DNA of 64,000 bases from an uncultured Chloroflexia bacterium (lineage in GTDB: Bacteria > Chloroflexota > Limnocylindria > Limnocylindrales > CSP1-4), in contig CAWIYR010000003.1 in NCBI GenBank assembly GCA_963840375.1, positions 218,299 through 282,298 on the forward strand, in the 5' to 3' direction. Below the pieces are notes generated by a model that saw nothing but the letters and a program-made list of their open reading frames with translations, ran no database searches and had not been told where the DNA came from. The translations under genes were made by a program, and so were the position numbers. Positions within the stretch are counted from its first letter, which is position 1. Every line of letters starts with the position of its first letter. This document shows, one piece after another, positions 1-9,356 of this stretch.

Positions 1-684
1 ATGGACGGCAATCGACGCTGGGCCACCGCTGAAGGCTATGCGCCCGGGATCGGCCACCGGCGGGGCGCCGAGAAGGCGCTCGAGCTCATCGACTGGTGCG
101 CCGAGCTCGGCATCCGCGAGGTCACCCTGTGGGCCCTCTCGATCGAGAACCTCGAGCGACCGGCGGACGAGGTCGGGGCGATCGCCGACGTGGCTGCCGA
201 CGCCATCTCGGCGATCACCGAGGGCCGGCGCCGGACCCGCCTCCCGATCCATCTCCGGGTCATCGGTCGGCGCGACCTGCTGCCCGAGAGCCTCGCGTCG
301 GTGGTCGACCGGTCGGCCGCACTCTCGAGGGACGACGGCTCGATCTCGGTCACGATCGCCCTGGCCTACTCGGGCCGCGACGAGCTCCTCGAGGCGTTCC
401 GATCGACGGTCCGGCAGGCCGTGGCCGCGGGCGTTCCGGCGGACCGCCTGGCCGACCAGCTGACCGCCGAGGACCTGGCGGCGCACCTGTACACCCAGGG
501 CTCGAGCGACCCGGACCTGATCATCCGGACCTCGGGCGAGGTGCGTCTCTCGGGCTTCCTGCCCTGGCAGAGCGTCTACAGCGAGTACCACTTCTGCGAG
601 GCCTACTGGCCGGCCTTCCGCGAGATCGACTTCCTCCGGGCGATCCGGACCTACCAGCTCCGCGCCCGCCGCTTCGGTCGATAG
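1..684 (+). CDS. uppS: Undecaprenyl-diphosphate synthase (cis-prenyltransferase), 5' end truncated by the window edge
   Basis: The DGNRRWA motif and the ...IRTSGE.RLSGFLPWQ... core are characteristic of UppS. The ORF runs to a TAG at 682-684. Confidence 0.9.
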   Translation: MDGNRRWATAEGYAPGIGHRRGAEKALELIDWCAELGIREVTLWALSIENLERPADEVGAIADVAADAISAITEGRRRTRLPIHLRVIGRRDLLPESLASVVDRSAALSRDDGSISVTIALAYSGRDELLEAFRSTVRQAVAAGVPADRLADQLTAEDLAAHLYTQGSSDPDLIIRTSGEVRLSGFLPWQSVYSEYHFCEAYWPAFREIDFLRAIRTYQLRARRFGR

Positions 685-773
685 CGACAGACGGACCTGT
701 CGCGCGTCGGTTCAGCAGGACTACGCTCTGCGCCGACACCTCACGGAGCGAGTCCCGGTCGGGAGGACGACGC

Positions 774-1415
774 ATGCCGGAAGGGGACCGGCCCACGACG
801 GGCGGACAGGGTCTGTACCGGCTGAAGCCGGCCTCGCAGCGGCTCGTCGAGCCCTTGGCCGACGGCCTTGCCCGGCGAAGGGTCTCACCGGACCTCATCT
901 CGGCCGCGGCCGTCGTGACCGCCGCCATCGGCGGAGCCTGCCTGGCCGGCTCGACCGCGATGCCGAGCCTGCTCCTCGTCGTCCCGTTCCTGGCGGCCGC
1001 CCGGCTGATCCTCAACCTCCTCGACGGGATGGTCGCCCGACGGACCGGCACCGCTCGCCCGATGGGCGAGGTCTGGAACGAGGTCGGCGACCGCCTCGGG
1101 GACATCGTCTTCATCGGCGCCCTGGCGCTCGTCCCCGAGGTGGGGCCCGGGCTCGCCCTGGGGGCCGCCATGGCCGCCGTCCTCGCCAGCTACGCCGGGC
1201 TGGCGACCCGGGCGGCCGGCGGTCGCCGCCTGTACGGGGGCGTCCTCTCCAAGCCCGGTCGGATGATCGTCCTGGCGGTCGCCGCCCCGCTCGCATTCCT
1301 GGCCGGCGATCCGCGGATCCTCGCCGTGGCCGCCGCGATCCTGCTGGTCGGCGGGGTCGTCACGCTCCTCCAGCGGCTTCGAACCGCGCTGCACGAGCTC
1401 GGTCATGCCGGCTGA
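774..1415 (+). CDS. CDP-alcohol phosphatidyltransferase family protein
   Basis: ATG at 774 is preceded by GGGAGG. The DG(x)2AR...G...G(x)3D(x)3D motif (DGMVARRTG...GEVWNEVGDRLGD) sits in a multi-TM protein, and the stop overlaps the start of the next gene. Confidence 0.8.
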   Translation: MPEGDRPTTGGQGLYRLKPASQRLVEPLADGLARRRVSPDLISAAAVVTAAIGGACLAGSTAMPSLLLVVPFLAAARLILNLLDGMVARRTGTARPMGEVWNEVGDRLGDIVFIGALALVPEVGPGLALGAAMAAVLASYAGLATRAAGGRRLYGGVLSKPGRMIVLAVAAPLAFLAGDPRILAVAAAILLVGGVVTLLQRLRTALHELGHAG

Positions 1416-2340
1416 CCTGATCGTCGACCCGCGGACCGTCCCCGGCGCCGATTACGCCGCCGGCGCGATCCTCGTCCTGCTCGGCGTGACCCTGATCAGC
1501 GTGCTCGTCGCGGGCGGTCTCGGCCGCGGCGGCGCGAGCCCGGGCACGCTCCTGAAGCGCTGGGTGACCTGGGCGGTCCTCGCGCCGCTGTGGTGGCTGG
1601 CCGTCTTCTGCGGGCCGCTCCCGGTCGCGGTGGTCGTGACGATCTTCGCCGTGGTCGGCCTGCTCGAGTTCGCCCGGCTGACCGACCTGCCCGAGGCACA
1701 TCGCCGGCTGCTGCTCGGAGCGGCGCTCCTGTCCGGGGTCCTCAGCCTGTTCGGGTCGACGGCGCTCCTCGCGGCCGTCCCGATCCTCCTCCTGGCCGGG
1801 ATGCTCCTGCCGGTCCTCTTCCCCGACATCCGGTCGGCGGTCCGGCACCTCGCCTTCGGAGCCCTGGCCTTCGGGTACCTGCCGCTCCTCCTGGGACACG
1901 CCGTCCTGATCGTCGAGGACCTGACCGGTGGCGCCGGGATCCTCTTCGCGACCGGGGTGGCGGTCGCCTTCTCGGACATCGGGGCGTACGTCGCGGGACG
2001 GACCTTCGGGCGACACCCGCTGGCGCCGACGATCAGCCCGAACAAGACCGTCGAGGGGCTGGCCGGCAACCTGGTCGGAGCCGTGATCGGCTACGCCATC
2101 TTCCTGCCGGTCCTGCCGACCCTGTCGCCCGTCCTGCTGGCCGCCCTGCCGATCGTCGTCGCGCTCGGCGCGGTCTGGGGCGACCTCTTCGAATCGGCCC
2201 TGAAGCGCGAGTTCGGCACGAAGGACACCGGCACCTGGCTGCCCGGCTTCGGCGGCCTCCTCGACCGGATCGATTCGCTGATCCTCGTCGTCCCCCTCAT
2301 CTACTACCTGTTCCGGGCGGCGGGAGTGCTCAAGCCATGA
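1405..2340 (+). CDS. cdsA: Phosphatidate cytidylyltransferase (CDP-diacylglycerol synthase)
   Basis: C-terminal CdsA signature ...KREFGTKDTGTWLPGFGGLLDRIDSLILVVP..., polytopic membrane protein. Confidence 0.85.
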   Translation: MPADLIVDPRTVPGADYAAGAILVLLGVTLISVLVAGGLGRGGASPGTLLKRWVTWAVLAPLWWLAVFCGPLPVAVVVTIFAVVGLLEFARLTDLPEAHRRLLLGAALLSGVLSLFGSTALLAAVPILLLAGMLLPVLFPDIRSAVRHLAFGALAFGYLPLLLGHAVLIVEDLTGGAGILFATGVAVAFSDIGAYVAGRTFGRHPLAPTISPNKTVEGLAGNLVGAVIGYAIFLPVLPTLSPVLLAALPIVVALGAVWGDLFESALKREFGTKDTGTWLPGFGGLLDRIDSLILVVPLIYYLFRAAGVLKP

Positions 2341-5046
2341 GCGAGGAACGGATCCTGGTGGGGCCGCCGGTCCCCGAGTCGCTCCGCGAGCTGACCGGCG
2401 AGACCCTGATCGAGCTCCTCGAGCGGGCGGTCGAACGCGATCCCGACGCCTCGGTCTTCGTGATGCCGCGGGGCCTCCGGCTCGAGCGCTGGACCTACCG
2501 CGACCTCGAACGGAGCAGCCGGCAGGTGGCCGTCACGCTCGCCGGGCGCGGGGTCGGGCCCGGTGCCCGGGTCGCGACCTGGGCGGCCAACGACCCCTGG
2601 CTCGTGGCCGCCTACTTCGCGGTCTGGCGGCTGGGCGGATCGGTGGTCCCGCTGGACCTGCGGATGGCGCCGGACGTCGCGATCCGGATCGGGCGGACCG
2701 TCCGGCCGGCCCTCACCCTGGCCGGCGCAGGCGGTGAGCGTCGAGGACGCGGCAGCGCTCGGCGCGCCGGTCCTGCGGGTCGACGCCGGGACGTTGCTGG
2801 GGACCGCCGGGGCGGACCAGGCTGCGCCCCGCGGGGACGACCCTGGGGCAGGCGCGAAGCCCGTGAGCGCCTCGATCACGGTGGCCCCCGACACGCTCGC
2901 CGAGGTCCTGTTCACGAGCGGGACGACGAGCGACCCGAAGGGCGTGATGCTGACCCACGGCCAGATGATCCACAACGCCCGGACGATCGCCCTCACCGCC
3001 GGGATCCGCCGCGAGCGGGCCCTCGCGCTCATCCCGCTCTCCCACATGTACGGCCAGATCGTGCCCCTCCTGTATGGGCTGCTCACCGGCTCGCAGCTGA
3101 CCTTCCTGCCCGCCCTCACCCCGTCGGCGCTGATGGCGGCGATGCGACGCGACCGGGTCACGGTCATCACCGCGGTGCCCCAGCTGCTCAAGCTCCTCAT
3201 GGACGGGATCGAGGCCGAGGCGAACCGCGAGGGGCGACTGGACCGACTCCGGCAGATCCGCCGGATCGCCCTCGTCCTGCCCATCCCCGTCCGGCGGCTC
3301 CTCTTCCGCTCGGTCCTCGAGCGCTTCGGCGGGGAGCTCCGGACGATCACCTGCGGCGGCGCGGCCCTTTCGGCCGACCTCCAGCTCGCCTGGGAGGCGC
3401 TCGGGATCGTCATCGTCCAGGGCTACGGCGCGACCGAGTGCGCCACGATCGCCGGTCACACCCGGACCGCCCGCCGGGCCGGGACCGTCGGGCCACCGCT
3501 GGCCGGGATGGAGGTCCGGATCGGGTCGGACGGCGAGCTCATCGCCCGGGGGCCCAACGTCATGCTCGGCTACTGGGACAAGCCCGAGCAGACCGCCGAG
3601 GTCATCGTCGACGGCTGGGCACATTCCGGCGACGCCGCCGAGATCGACCCCCATGGCGACCTCATCATCCACGGCCGCACCCGGGACCGGATCGCCCTGC
3701 CGAACGGTCTGAAGGTCTACCCCGAGGACGTCGAGGCGGCGATCGTCGAGGCCGGCTCCGTCCGGGCCGCCGTGGTCTTCGAGGCGAGCCCGGGTCGACT
3801 CGCCGCGGTCCTCCTGCCGGCCGATCCCGCTGCGGCGGACGCCGACCTCGACGGCGCGGTCGAGCGCGCGAACCACGCCCTCTCGCCCCACCAGCGGGTG
3901 CGACGCTGGGTCCGCTGGCCGGACCCCGAGCTGCCGCGGACGCACACCCTCAAGGTTCGCCGGGCCGAGGTGCTGGCCTGGTACTCGGCCGATGCCGGCA
4001 CCACCGGGTCCACGACGACACCGGAGACCGAGGCGACCGACGAGCGGGCGAGCCCCGGAGCGTCCGGCGGCGGCGCCGGTCCCGGACGGCGCTCCGGGTC
4101 GTCCCCGACCGCCGACGGATCGAGGGTCGTCCCGACCTCCGCCGAGGCCGTGCTTCCGGCACTCATCGACCTGGTCGCCCACGTCGTCGAGGCTGGTGGG
4201 CACCCGAGCTCCCCGATCGGGCCGACGACCACCCTCGAGGCCCTCGGCTTCGACTCCCTCGGCCGGGTCGGGCTGGCGATCCAGATCGAGGATCGCTTCG
4301 GCTCGTCGCTCGATGACTCGGACATCGCGGGCGCCGAGGATATCGCCGGGCTCGCCCATGTCATCGTGGCGCGACGCGATGCCGCCCCGCCCCCGGAGCC
4401 ACCCCGCTGGGCGCACACTCCGCCGGCGAAGACGGTCCGGCGCTGGCTCGACCGGCTTGTCACCGGCCCGGTCGTCGCGATGATCGCCCGCCCCCGGGTC
4501 GACGGGCTGGAGCACCTCGCCGGGCTCGACGGCCCGTTCCTGCTCTGCCCGAACCACGCCAGCCACCTCGACGCGCCGACGCTCCGGTCTGTCCTGCCGG
4601 CCGCGGTGCGCGACCGGACCGCGATCGCGGCCGCCGCCGACTACTTCTTCGCCGGCGGCCTCCTGGGACCCGCCGTCGCGCTGGCGACCGGGGCGTTCCC
4701 GTTCGGCCGGACCGAGCACGTCCGCTCGTCGCTGGAGCGGGTCGGGTCGTATGTCGACGCCGGCTGGAACGTCATCGTCTTCCCGGAGGGCACCCGCTCG
4801 ACGACCGGCCGGCTCGGGCCGATGAAGGCCGGGATCGGCCTGCTCGCCACACAGCTCGGCGTGCCGGTCGTGCCGATCGGGATCCGCGGCGCCGACCGGA
4901 TCCTGCCGAAGGGCGCCACCCTGCCGCGGTGGCGGGGGCGGGTCGGCGTCCGGATCGGCGAGCCGCTGACCTTCGAGCCCGACTGCCCGGTGCCCGAAGC
5001 GACCGCCCGGATCGAGGCGGCGATCCGGGGTCTCGTCGGGGCTTGA
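2337..5046 (+). CDS. Fused fatty-acyl-AMP ligase/acyl-CoA synthetase, carrier (PP-binding) domain and lysophospholipid acyltransferase (PlsC-like); interrupted by one +1 frameshift near 2722-2735
   Basis: The N-terminus (MSEERILVGPP...VVPLDLRMAP...RPALTLAG) reads in frame 0 from 2337; sense then continues in frame 1 (AQAVSVEDAAALG...LFTSGTTSDPKGVMLTH...). The product has an AMP-binding core, a GFDSL phosphopantetheine-attachment motif, and NHASHLD (HX4D) plus FPEGTRS acyltransferase motifs. Confidence 0.7.
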
Positions 5047-5047
5047 G

Positions 5048-6382
5048 ATGGCGCTCCGGGCGCTCTCGAACGCGGAGTACGTCGCGGACGTCGTCGGCGC
5101 CGCCCTGGCCTACCCCGCCTACCGGCGTCGGGAATCCTGGTCGACCGATCGGCTCCGGGCGTGGCAACTCCGTCGGGTCCGGTCGCTGGTCGACCGGGCC
5201 TACGCCTCGGTACCCGTCTACCGGGAGCGCTACGGTGCAGCGGGCTACCACCCGGGCGACATCCGGACCTGGGATGACTTCGCTCGCCTGCCGACCATCA
5301 CGAAGGTGGATCTCGTCGGCGCGTACCCGGAGCGGTCGGTGGCGGCCGACACCCCGCTGGCCCGCTGCCTGATCTCGACGAGCTCCGGGTCGACCGGTCG
5401 GATGATGGAGATCCCCCACCGAGCCGACCGGCTCTGGCCCTATGTCCTGGTCACCGAGCGCCTGTTCCGACGCCTGGCCGGGCGCTACCCACCGAGCTGG
5501 CGGCAGGCCTACATCTACACCTCGCCCTATCCGGTCCGTGGCTCGCTCGGGCTCTACCCGACGACATTCATCCCGACCGCGGACGACCCGGCGCCGATGC
5601 TCGACGCGCTGCGGCGCTGCCGGCCCCGGCTCCTGGCGGTCTATCCGACCGTCCTGCGCGACCTCCTGGCCGCCGACGCCGCGACGATGCGGGCCCTCGG
5701 GCTGCAGGCCGTCGCCGTCTCGAGCGAGCACTCGACGGCCGAGGAGCGTCGCGGTTGGACCGAGCTGCTGGGCTGCCCGGTCGGCGACCAGTACAGCAGC
5801 GAGGAGCTCGCCTACATCGCGGCCGAGTGCGTGGCGGGGACCTACCACCTCGTCGAGGACCTGACCCTCGTCGAGATCCTCGACCCCGACGCCGATCGAC
5901 CGGTCGACGGGATCGGCGAGGTCGTCGGGACGGAGCTCCACAACCGGACGATGCCGTTCATCCGCTACCGCCAGGGCGACCTCGCCCGGGTCGAGATGGG
6001 GACCTGCCCCTGCCGTCCGACGGCCGGTCCGGTCCGCCGGCTGACCGAGCTCGCCGGGCGAGCCAACGACGGCTTCATCCTGGCTGGCGGGCGGACGCTG
6101 TCGCCGGGCTTCCTCCTCGACGCCTGCTACCGGGCGATCCTGCCCCGACCGGCCGAGGTGGCGGCCTACCGGCTGGTCCAGACGGCGCCGGATCGGGCCG
6201 TCCTGGAGGTCGTCCCGGGCCCGACCTGGGACGAGGCGAGCGCCGGGCGGCTCGGCGCGGCGCTGGCCGCCGAGCTCCCGCTCGACCTTCGGGGCGACGT
6301 CCGGGTCGTCGAGCGGCTCGACCGCGCCGAGGCCGGCAAGCGGGCGACGATCGTCCGCCATCGGTCGCTCAGCGCAGCGTGA
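5048..6382 (+). CDS. Adenylate-forming enzyme of the phenylacetate-CoA ligase / coenzyme F390 synthetase (PaaK/CapK-like) family
   Basis: P-loop-like STSSGSTGRMMEIPH motif and overall PaaK-like layout; start codon lies 1 nt after the previous stop, suggesting translational coupling. Confidence 0.75.
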   Translation: MALRALSNAEYVADVVGAALAYPAYRRRESWSTDRLRAWQLRRVRSLVDRAYASVPVYRERYGAAGYHPGDIRTWDDFARLPTITKVDLVGAYPERSVAADTPLARCLISTSSGSTGRMMEIPHRADRLWPYVLVTERLFRRLAGRYPPSWRQAYIYTSPYPVRGSLGLYPTTFIPTADDPAPMLDALRRCRPRLLAVYPTVLRDLLAADAATMRALGLQAVAVSSEHSTAEERRGWTELLGCPVGDQYSSEELAYIAAECVAGTYHLVEDLTLVEILDPDADRPVDGIGEVVGTELHNRTMPFIRYRQGDLARVEMGTCPCRPTAGPVRRLTELAGRANDGFILAGGRTLSPGFLLDACYRAILPRPAEVAAYRLVQTAPDRAVLEVVPGPTWDEASAGRLGAALAAELPLDLRGDVRVVERLDRAEAGKRATIVRHRSLSAA

Positions 6383-6827
6383 AGTAGGCGCCGTAGATGA
6401 CGACCATGAGCCCCACGTACCCTGCCATGACCGCCCGCGGGTGGCGGCCGATCGGACGCCGGAAGACGGTCCCCACGACCCAGGCCACCGCGGCCGAGAG
6501 CCCGACCCGTTCGAGCCGGTTCAGGGCGACCATCAGCAGGACGCCCCCGAGCGGCTGGCCGAGGAGCGCCGCCTCGTGGATGTAGAGCTTGACCGGGAGA
6601 CCCTGGAGGGGGCCGTTCAGGAACGCCCCGAGCCCCTGACCGCCGAGCTCGCCCGACGCGGTCGCCAGATCGACCGGGCGGATCCCCGGGAGGGCCGCGA
6701 TGGCCTCGCCGAGGACGGGCCAAACCGGGGTGAGCCACCACAGGACGGTCGCGCCGACGAGCGCACCGGCGACCGTCGCCAGGAGGACCTTGAGCGTCCG
6801 CCCGGGAGCGAACAGGGCCACGAACAT
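6369..6827 (-). CDS. DedA/YqaA-like (SNARE-associated) membrane protein; N-terminus unresolved (homology continues upstream to about 6935 without an in-frame start codon)
   Basis: C-terminal part of minus ORF 6369..7730: ...LLFLVPDLWVMFVALFAPGRTLKV...GIRPVDLATASGELGG... is YqaA-like. The only in-frame canonical start is the ATG at 6827; the first TM and ~10 hydrophobic residues before the VP motif lie upstream of it. Confidence 0.45.
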   Translation of the reverse strand: MFVALFAPGRTLKVLLATVAGALVGATVLWWLTPVWPVLGEAIAALPGIRPVDLATASGELGGQGLGAFLNGPLQGLPVKLYIHEAALLGQPLGGVLLMVALNRLERVGLSAAVAWVVGTVFRRPIGRHPRAVMAGYVGLMVVIYGAYFTLR

Positions 6828-6920
6828 GACCCACAGGTCGGGGACCAGGAAGAGGAGCGACGCCTCGGCGGCGCCCCAGCCGGCCGCGACCCAGAGCGCA
6901 CCGGTGGAGGCGGCGATCCG

Positions 6921-8205
6921 GTGGATGGTCGAAGGGGAGCGCGGCTCGGCGTCGCGGCCCGTGGTCGCGCCGGGTGGCGCGTTCGCGTCGGAAGCAGGCG
7001 CCGCCGCGGACTGCGTCTGCGCGCCCGCCTCACCGCCCTGCGTTCGGGGATCGTCTACAGCCGGGTCTGGGAGGACGACCGGGTCGACCGGCTGGCCCTC
7101 GCGATCGAGCCCGGCGACCGGGTCCTCGTCGTCGCCTCGGCCGGCGACGTCGCCCTTCATGCCGCGCTCGACGGCGCCCGAGAGGTCATCGCGGTCGACC
7201 GGAACCCCGCCCAACTCCACCTCCTGGAGCTCAAGCTCGCCGCACTTCGGACGCTCGACGCAGATGCGTTCTGGACACTCTTCGGCGAAGGCCGCTCGCC
7301 GGCCGGCGCCGCCTGGTACGACCGGCTGCGACCGGCGCTGCCGCCTCCGAGCCGGCGGTACTGGGACCGGCACGCCGGGCTGTTCGACCTGGGACTGATG
7401 CACCAGTCCCGGGTGGAGCTGGGCCTCCTCCTCCTCGGTCCGCTCGTTCGTGGGATCGCGGGCCGGCGGGACTTCGCCCGACTGATCGAGGCGCCCGATG
7501 TCCGGGCCCAGGGACAACTCTACGCCCGCCGCTCGGCGCGACGCCTGTGGAATCCGGTCACCCGCCGGGCGATCCGGTGGAGCGGGCTGCTGGCCCTGCT
7601 CACGATGAACCGCGAGCAGTGGCGCCTGGTCGGTCGACGACCGCTTCCTCGACGGCTTCGAGGAGCGGGTCGCCTCCCTCGTTGACCGCGAGCTCGTCCG
7701 CGAGAACCCGTTCTGGTGTCGCGTCCTCACCGGGCAGCCGTGCGAGCAGGCTCACGAAGTCGCCTATCTGGCGCCCGGGGCGTTCGAACGTCTCGGCGGC
7801 TGCGCCCCGGCGATCCGGCCCCGGCTCGGCCCGCTCGTGATGATCCTCCGGGGCGAACCCGACGCGAGCCTCGACGCGATCGATCTCCTCGACGTCCCCG
7901 ATTGGCTGCAGCCGCCGGCCCGGCGTGAGCTCTGGGGCGAGGTCGGCCGGGTCCTCCGGCCGGGCGGGCGGTGCCTGACCAGGTCGATCTCGCGACGGCC
8001 GGACCTCCCCGGCCCGGGTCGCGGCCTGGTGCTGGACGGGCCGCTGTCGAGGCAGCTCACCGCGATGGAGCGGACGGCCGTCTACGGCTCGGTGACCGTC
8101 CTCCGGAGGGCCGCGGTCGAGTCAGGCCCGGCCGGCCGGCCGGTCGCCGACGCGCCGGTCAGCGTCGGGCCGATCAGCGCCGGGCCGGTCGCCACAGCGC
8201 GGTGA
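6921..8205 (+). CDS. DUF3419 / BtaA-like protein (family of S-adenosylmethionine:diacylglycerol 3-amino-3-carboxypropyl transferase); frameshift near 7609-7627, start uncertain
   Basis: IVYSRVWEDD, VLVVASAGDVALHAAL, VIAVDRNPAQLHLLELKLAALRTLD and FWTLFG read in frame 0; ENPFWCRVLTG...DAIDLLDVPDWL... continues in frame 1 to the stop at 8205. The nearest in-frame canonical start is the GTG at 6921. Confidence 0.55.
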
Positions 8206-8659
8206 TCGTCGAGCCCGGGAGGAAGCCCTCGAACGAGCCCACCGGCTCGAACCCGAGGCGCCCGTAACGGGCGTCATCGGCTGGGTTCGTCGACTCGAGG
8301 TAGGCCGGCATCCCCTGGCCGTCGATCAGCTCCAGGTTGTCCGCCAGCAGACGCATCCCGTGACCGGCACCACGATGGTCCGGGTGCGTCCCGAGCAGGC
8401 TCAGATAGTGGTGCGGCTCCGACCGGTACCCGGGGCGCCCGCCCCGGGTAGCCGCCGCGCCCGCCTGGGCCGACGAATCGTGACAGGTGACCACCAGGCG
8501 GGCACTCGACAGCGGAGACCCGCCTCTCGAGGCCTCGCGAACCCGCGATCCATCCCGGGCCACGCTCACGCCGGGCGATCCATCCGTTCGAGAAGCCCGA
8601 ACCAGGGCCCGAGCGGGGCTCGGGCGGTGACGAATGACCGGGTGATGGGCATCTGACAA
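8174..8659 (-). CDS. GNAT family N-acetyltransferase (C-terminal half is clearly GNAT; N-terminal half atypical and possibly disrupted)
   Basis: YLSLLGTHPDHRGAGHGMRLL...AYLESTNPADDARYGRLGFEPVG matches GNAT motifs A/B; the N-terminal 80 aa are Arg/Ser-rich and not GNAT-like. Confidence 0.45.
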   Translation of the reverse strand: MSDAHHPVIRHRPSPARALVRASRTDGSPGVSVARDGSRVREASRGGSPLSSARLVVTCHDSSAQAGAAATRGGRPGYRSEPHHYLSLLGTHPDHRGAGHGMRLLADNLELIDGQGMPAYLESTNPADDARYGRLGFEPVGSFEGFLPGSTITALWRPARR

Positions 8660-8665
8660 GAAGCG

Positions 8666-8718
8666 GGCCCCCGGCGCGAGATCATGGCCCCCGGCGCGGG
8701 ATCATGGCCCCCGGCGCC
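8666..8718. repeat. 20-bp tandem direct repeat, about 2.6 copies (ggcccccggcgcg[a/g]gatcat)
   Basis: Visible directly: gcccccggcgcgagatcatggcccccggcgcgggatcatggcccccggcgcc immediately upstream of the GNAT start. Confidence 0.6.
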
Positions 8719-8758
8719 GAACGGGGCCGGGGCCGCCACCGAGCCGATGTCGCTCTGG

Positions 8759-8782
8759 ATATTCCGATCGCGATCGGAATAT
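8759..8782. promoter_or_regulatory. Perfect 24-bp palindrome ATATTCCGATCGCGATCGGAATAT (candidate operator for a dimeric regulator)
   Basis: Exact reverse-complement symmetry, and AT-rich relative to its surroundings, in the long GNAT/nrdJ intergenic region. Confidence 0.45.
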
Positions 8783-8961
8783 CGTACGGACGTTCGATTT
8801 CGGCGATCCCACGACCCTCCGTGCCGGTGCCATCCGAGCTCCCGCCAGGCTCACACCCAGCCACCGCGCCATCCGTTCGTCCACACTCCGTCCACCGTCG
8901 CCGACGACTCGTCCACAGCCCGATCGGGAGCTGTCCACCGCGGATGCCCAATTCATCCACA

Positions 8962-9012
8962 GCCACAGCATGTAGCGGTACGATGGTCCGGCGCACCACT
9001 ACATCTTGTGTT
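8962..9012 (+). promoter_or_regulatory. Two tandem NrdR-box-like sites upstream of nrdJ
   Basis: acagcATGTAGcggt and CACTACATCTTGTG both approximate the NrdR box consensus acaCwAtATaTwGtgt. Their centre-to-centre spacing is about 31 bp, the usual tandem arrangement, and they lie about 350 bp upstream of the nrdJ ATG. Confidence 0.5.
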
Positions 9013-9356
9013 TCGGGGGTTGACTGCGGCCGGAGCGGGAGGTATCGTAGGAGGGTCGCTCGCCCGCGAGGGAACGCGCCGGAACGACCGCTCGGGACCG
9101 CTCGGATCGCGGCTCCAGGGTCGACCCGGGACCCGCCCGGAACGACGATCACGGAGGACCGGTCGCAGCTACGCCCGACGGGCACCACCAGAGCGAGTGG
9201 ACCCTCGACCCGGGCACGGACAAGCCTCCGGACCCAGTCCATCGACCCACCGGCATCGTGGGTCCCAGCCGCCGCATCAAGCCCCCGTCAGCCCCACCGA
9301 CCCCGGCGGAGACCGGGGACCCGCACCCGCCCAGCGCGTTGGAGGAGAGAGCAACG

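Noticed and set aside
1590-4316. 908-aa ORF, and antisense ORFs 2713..4719 (668 aa) and 4772..6361 (529 aa)
   Set aside because: Arg/Pro/Gly-rich low-complexity translations typical of out-of-frame or antisense reading in 72% GC DNA. They overlap the well-supported ligase-ACP-PlsC and PaaK-like genes; only the first about 390 nt of frame 0 (from 2337) is real N-terminus.
6369-7730. 453-aa minus-strand ORF taken as one gene
   Set aside because: Only the C-terminal third (DedA/YqaA-like membrane part) is protein-like. The remainder is antisense to the DUF3419 gene and Arg/Glu/Pro-rich.
8660-9356. Cobalamin riboswitch upstream of nrdJ
   Set aside because: No B12-box-like core (GCCACTG-type) or the conserved paired elements were found. 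NrdJ itself uses B12 and is not normally riboswitch-repressed; the NrdR boxes explain the regulation better.
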